This document shows positions 29,301 to 32,000 of a stretch of 32,000 bases of DNA, piece after piece. The stretch spans positions 1,530,329 through 1,562,328 of the forward strand of contig NC_015913.1 in the NCBI RefSeq assembly GCF_000270205.1, written 5' to 3'. Under the pieces are notes generated by a model. It saw nothing but the letters and a program-made list of their open reading frames with translations. It was not told the origin of the DNA and ran no database searches. The stretch comes from Candidatus Arthromitus sp. SFB-mouse-Japan (lineage in GTDB: Bacteria; Bacillota; Clostridia; Clostridiales; Clostridiaceae). How positions within the stretch are numbered: the stretch's first letter is position 1; the number at the start of each line of letters is the position of its first letter. Both the position numbers and the translations under genes were made by a program.

Positions 29301-29855
29301 TTAATTGAACAAATTCATAGCCTCAACTAATTTTCCTTCTATAATCATTCTAATACAAGTAGATATATCTTCATATTTACTATCTAACATACGCATTTCA
29401 TCATATGTGAATTTAGACAACACATAATTAGATAAATCAATATTTTTATTTTCTCCAATTCCTATCTTTATCCTTTTAAATTTATCAGTATTTATCTTAT
29501 TAATTATATCTTTTATGCCATTATGACCACCATGAGATCCTCTCTGCTTAATTCTAATCTTTGATACATCTAAATATATATCATCATAAATAACAAGCAA
29601 ATCATCAATACTTATTTTAAAGTAATTAATAATTTCAAGCACAGCACTCCCACTTAAATTCATAAAAGTTTTTGGTTTCATACACATGATATTCTTACCT
29701 GAAATAATACCAGTACCATAATATGATGTATCATTTTCATTATCTAAACTAATATTAAGATCTTCACAAATTCTATCAAGCATAATAAATCCAACATTAT
29801 GTCGAGTATTATTATATCTACTTCCAATGTTACCAAGCCCAACAATTAAAAACAT
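29301..29855 (-). CDS. pth: Peptidyl-tRNA hydrolase
   Basis: MFLIVGLGNIGSRYNNTRHNVGF is the canonical Pth N-terminus. ATG 29855 follows AGGAGTTGGAG; the ORF-track start 29879 is upstream of the SD. Confidence 0.93.
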   Translation of the reverse strand: MFLIVGLGNIGSRYNNTRHNVGFIMLDRICEDLNISLDNENDTSYYGTGIISGKNIMCMKPKTFMNLSGSAVLEIINYFKISIDDLLVIYDDIYLDVSKIRIKQRGSHGGHNGIKDIINKINTDKFKRIKIGIGENKNIDLSNYVLSKFTYDEMRMLDSKYEDISTCIRMIIEGKLVEAMNLFN

Positions 29856-29871
29856 TAAACTCCAACTCCTA

Positions 29872-29918
29872 AACATCAAAATAAGAGTGCAACAAATAAT
29901 AAACTAAGTTGCACTCTT
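29872..29918 (-). terminator. Hairpin terminator at the end of the kinase/HtrA-like operon
   Basis: Minus strand AAGAGTGCAAC, 13-nt loop, then GTTGCACTCTT followed by ATTTTGATGTTT. The 5' arm encodes the last residues (KSAT) and the loop begins with the stop codon. Confidence 0.6.
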
Positions 29919-30740
29919 TATAATATCCTGCACAATTTTTATAACATCTCCTGATGAAATATAAGTTGATTCACAATCAGATAATTTGAATTTTTCATTT
30001 AACGCACAACTACTCATACCAATTATTTCTCCATTTATATTACATATAGGTCCACCTGTATTTAAAATATTAGTACAAAAATTGCTTTTTATAAACTTCA
30101 CTTCTCTATCTAAATCATCTTTAAGTATATTTATACCACTAACTACTCCAGGATAAATAGAATACGAATTAACCTTTCCAAAAGAATTGCCTATAGAAAT
30201 AACATTTAAACCATATGATACTTCTGATAAATCTTCTTTTAAATCTCCCTTGGTATAATCATTCCCATTTATTTTTAACAAACAAATATCACACTCTTTA
30301 TCATAACCAATAACTTTCGCTTCCTTTATGAAATCAAGAGCAGTCGGAAATTTCACATAAATCCTATCAGCATTCTTAATACCACTAAAATTCGTCAATA
30401 TGTATCCATCTTCAGAATAAATAATCCCTGTTAAATTATTTTGAAACAAATCTTCACTATCCCTTATATAAGCATTTACACTAACTATGGATTTATTTAT
30501 TTTATTCAAAACACTCACTATATTATAATCATACTCGTCTCCAAACCTATCATATCGTATACTATCATACATATCTGAAAAAAATACATTATGCACAAAA
30601 ACGCTTCCCATTATCCCAAACAAAAAAGAAATTATTGTATTTACTAAAATAACCCACAACATCTTATTTACATTTATCATTCTTTTTTGCTTAAATACTA
30701 TGTGGACCTTATCTCTACGCATATTTTCTCTATTAAACAC
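29904..30740 (-). CDS. Membrane-anchored HtrA/DegP-fold (trypsin-like S1C) protein lacking the catalytic His and Ser and lacking a PDZ domain; predicted pseudoprotease
   Basis: One TM helix (MLWVILVNTIISFLFGIMGSVFV). The family blocks are recognisable: GYILTNFSGI versus TNxHV, DICLLKI with Asp kept, ISIGNSFG, and NILNTGGPICNINGEIIGM versus GNSGGPL. GTG start 30740 follows AGGGG; an ATG six codons in is an alternative. Confidence 0.7.
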   Translation of the reverse strand: MFNRENMRRDKVHIVFKQKRMINVNKMLWVILVNTIISFLFGIMGSVFVHNVFFSDMYDSIRYDRFGDEYDYNIVSVLNKINKSIVSVNAYIRDSEDLFQNNLTGIIYSEDGYILTNFSGIKNADRIYVKFPTALDFIKEAKVIGYDKECDICLLKINGNDYTKGDLKEDLSEVSYGLNVISIGNSFGKVNSYSIYPGVVSGINILKDDLDREVKFIKSNFCTNILNTGGPICNINGEIIGMSSCALNEKFKLSDCESTYISSGDVIKIVQDIIKSAT

Positions 30741-30783
30741 AATAACCCCTACCTAAAATAAAAATTTATAGAACTTATTAATA

Positions 30784-32000
30784 TCAACTAGATAATTGCA
30801 ATGTGAAAATAAAACTAACTCCTTGTTCCTTAGTCCTATTTTCAACCCATATATCTTCTCTAAACTGAGATATTATATTCCTAACTATAGATAACCCAAG
30901 GCCAGTACTCCCTCTTCTAGTCCTAGACTTATCATTTTTATAAAATCTTACCCAGATATTATTAAATTCATCCTCACTTAAAAGTTTAGCTGTATTAAAG
31001 ATATTAACTACAGCTTTATTATTCTTTATTTTTGTAGAAATATTTATTCGTTTCTTATTATCACAATACTTAATAGCGTTAGCAATTAAATTATTTAAAA
31101 CCTGTACAAGTCTATCCTCATCAGCAACAACGTTTATAGAATTTTGTTCAAAAAATACTTCCATAACTATATCATTTTGCTCTATCTCCTGCTCAAAATT
31201 TTTAACTGTATACTTTATGAGAGAATTTAACTCTATTACTCTTGGTCTTAATGTAAATTTACCAGATTCTATAGCAGTTAAATCTAATAAATCATTTACA
31301 AGTCTAGATAATCTTTTTACCTCATCATATACGATAGTTAACTTTTCAATATGATCCTTAGGTGATATTATGCCATCTAAAATACCACTCAAAAATCCTA
31401 TAATCGTTGTAAGAGGTGTTCTCAATTCATGAGATACATTGGATAAAAACTCCCTCCTATTCGAATCAATTTTATCTAATGACTCTGCCATGTAATTAAA
31501 TGAATTTGATAATTCGCCAATCTCATCCTTAGAATTTATATATACTCGCTTACACACATCACCTGAAGCAAATCTTTTAGCTGTATTATTTATAATTTCT
31601 ATAGGTTTAACTAATATCTTCCTTAACAATAAATAGTAAATAACACCAATAATAATCATGAGAAAAATATATAAAATAATCATAAATACCTTAATATTCA
31701 ATAATTTTAAAGATATATAGCCATCATCTAATATTAAAGTAATAGAACCTTTGTAAATATTTGAATTATACAAAGGTTTAGTAAGTTTATACACTTTCTT
31801 TTGAAGATCAGAATCATATACACTAATTTTTGTTATTACATCTTTCTCAATATTTATTTGCTTACCTAACAGATTCTTATGTACTGAATTAGATACTAAA
31901 TAAACATACCCAATAGCATCTGATAAAATCAGATCAACCCCTGAATATTTATTAAATTTCTCAACATATTCCCATAAATATTTACTATTTTCAATTGTTG
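30784..32000 (-). CDS. Sensor histidine kinase (extracytoplasmic domain, TM, HAMP, HisKA, HATPase_c), 5' end beyond window
   Basis: The H-box is SNVSHELRTPLTTIIGF, the N-box is NNLIANAIKY, and the G2 box is GSTGLGLSIV. A HAMP segment follows the TM helix. The frame stays open upstream of the ORF-track GTG 31794 to the window edge (my translation: TIENSKYLWEYVEKFNKYSGVDLILSDAIGYVYLVSNSVHKNLLGKQINIEKDVITKISVYDSDLQKKV...). Confidence 0.85.
   Translation of the reverse strand, partial: TIENSKYLWEYVEKFNKYSGVDLILSDAIGYVYLVSNSVHKNLLGKQINIEKDVITKISVYDSDLQKKVYKLTKPLYNSNIYKGSITLILDDGYISLKLLNIKVFMIILYIFLMIIIGVIYYLLLRKILVKPIEIINNTAKRFASGDVCKRVYINSKDEIGELSNSFNYMAESLDKIDSNRREFLSNVSHELRTPLTTIIGFLSGILDGIISPKDHIEKLTIVYDEVKRLSRLVNDLLDLTAIESGKFTLRPRVIELNSLIKYTVKNFEQEIEQNDIVMEVFFEQNSINVVADEDRLVQVLNNLIANAIKYCDNKKRINISTKIKNNKAVVNIFNTAKLLSEDEFNNIWVRFYKNDKSRTRRGSTGLGLSIVRNIISQFREDIWVENRTKEQGVSFIFTLQLSS

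Overview
Very AT-rich chromosomal segment from an endospore-forming low-GC Firmicute (Clostridia-like; taxon is inference). It is tightly packed core DNA. I see no transposase, integrase, phage gene, CRISPR array or recognisable defence island. Read on the minus strand from high to low coordinates: sensor histidine kinase (5' end off window), HtrA-fold protein, pth, mfd, two tandem prsA-type lipoproteins, spoVT, a YabM/SpoVB-type flippase, hup, yabO, yabP, yabQ, divIC, yabR, a tRNA operon (Leu-UAA, initiator Met, elongator Met), spoIIE, tilS, hpt, ftsH, dusB, greA, lysS, a compact ClpX paralog and glyQS. Three plus-strand genes follow (corA-like, LD-carboxypeptidase, murD), then an Orn/Lys/Arg decarboxylase, tmk and holB (runs off the window, absent from the ORF track). 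Much of this order matches the B. subtilis origin-proximal pth-mfd-spoVT-yabMNOPQ-divIC-yabR-tRNA-spoIIE-tilS-hprT-ftsH block. Several ORF-track starts are TTG/GTG codons lying inside the real Shine-Dalgarno; I re-called those starts at the downstream ATG or TTG. I do not find a convincing new multi-gene system. The most unusual items are: (1) a kinase with a degenerate ATP-binding G1 box followed by a membrane-anchored HtrA-fold protein that cannot form a catalytic triad; (2) a short ClpX paralog lacking the RKH-type pore loop and carrying FGF instead of IGF; (3) two perfect 13-bp inverted repeats, one over the spoIIE -10 element and one over the yabP ribosome-binding site; (4) an initiator tRNA with a U1:A72 pair; (5) a CorA-family protein with GSN instead of GMN. 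All motif comparisons were done by eye and need computational confirmation.
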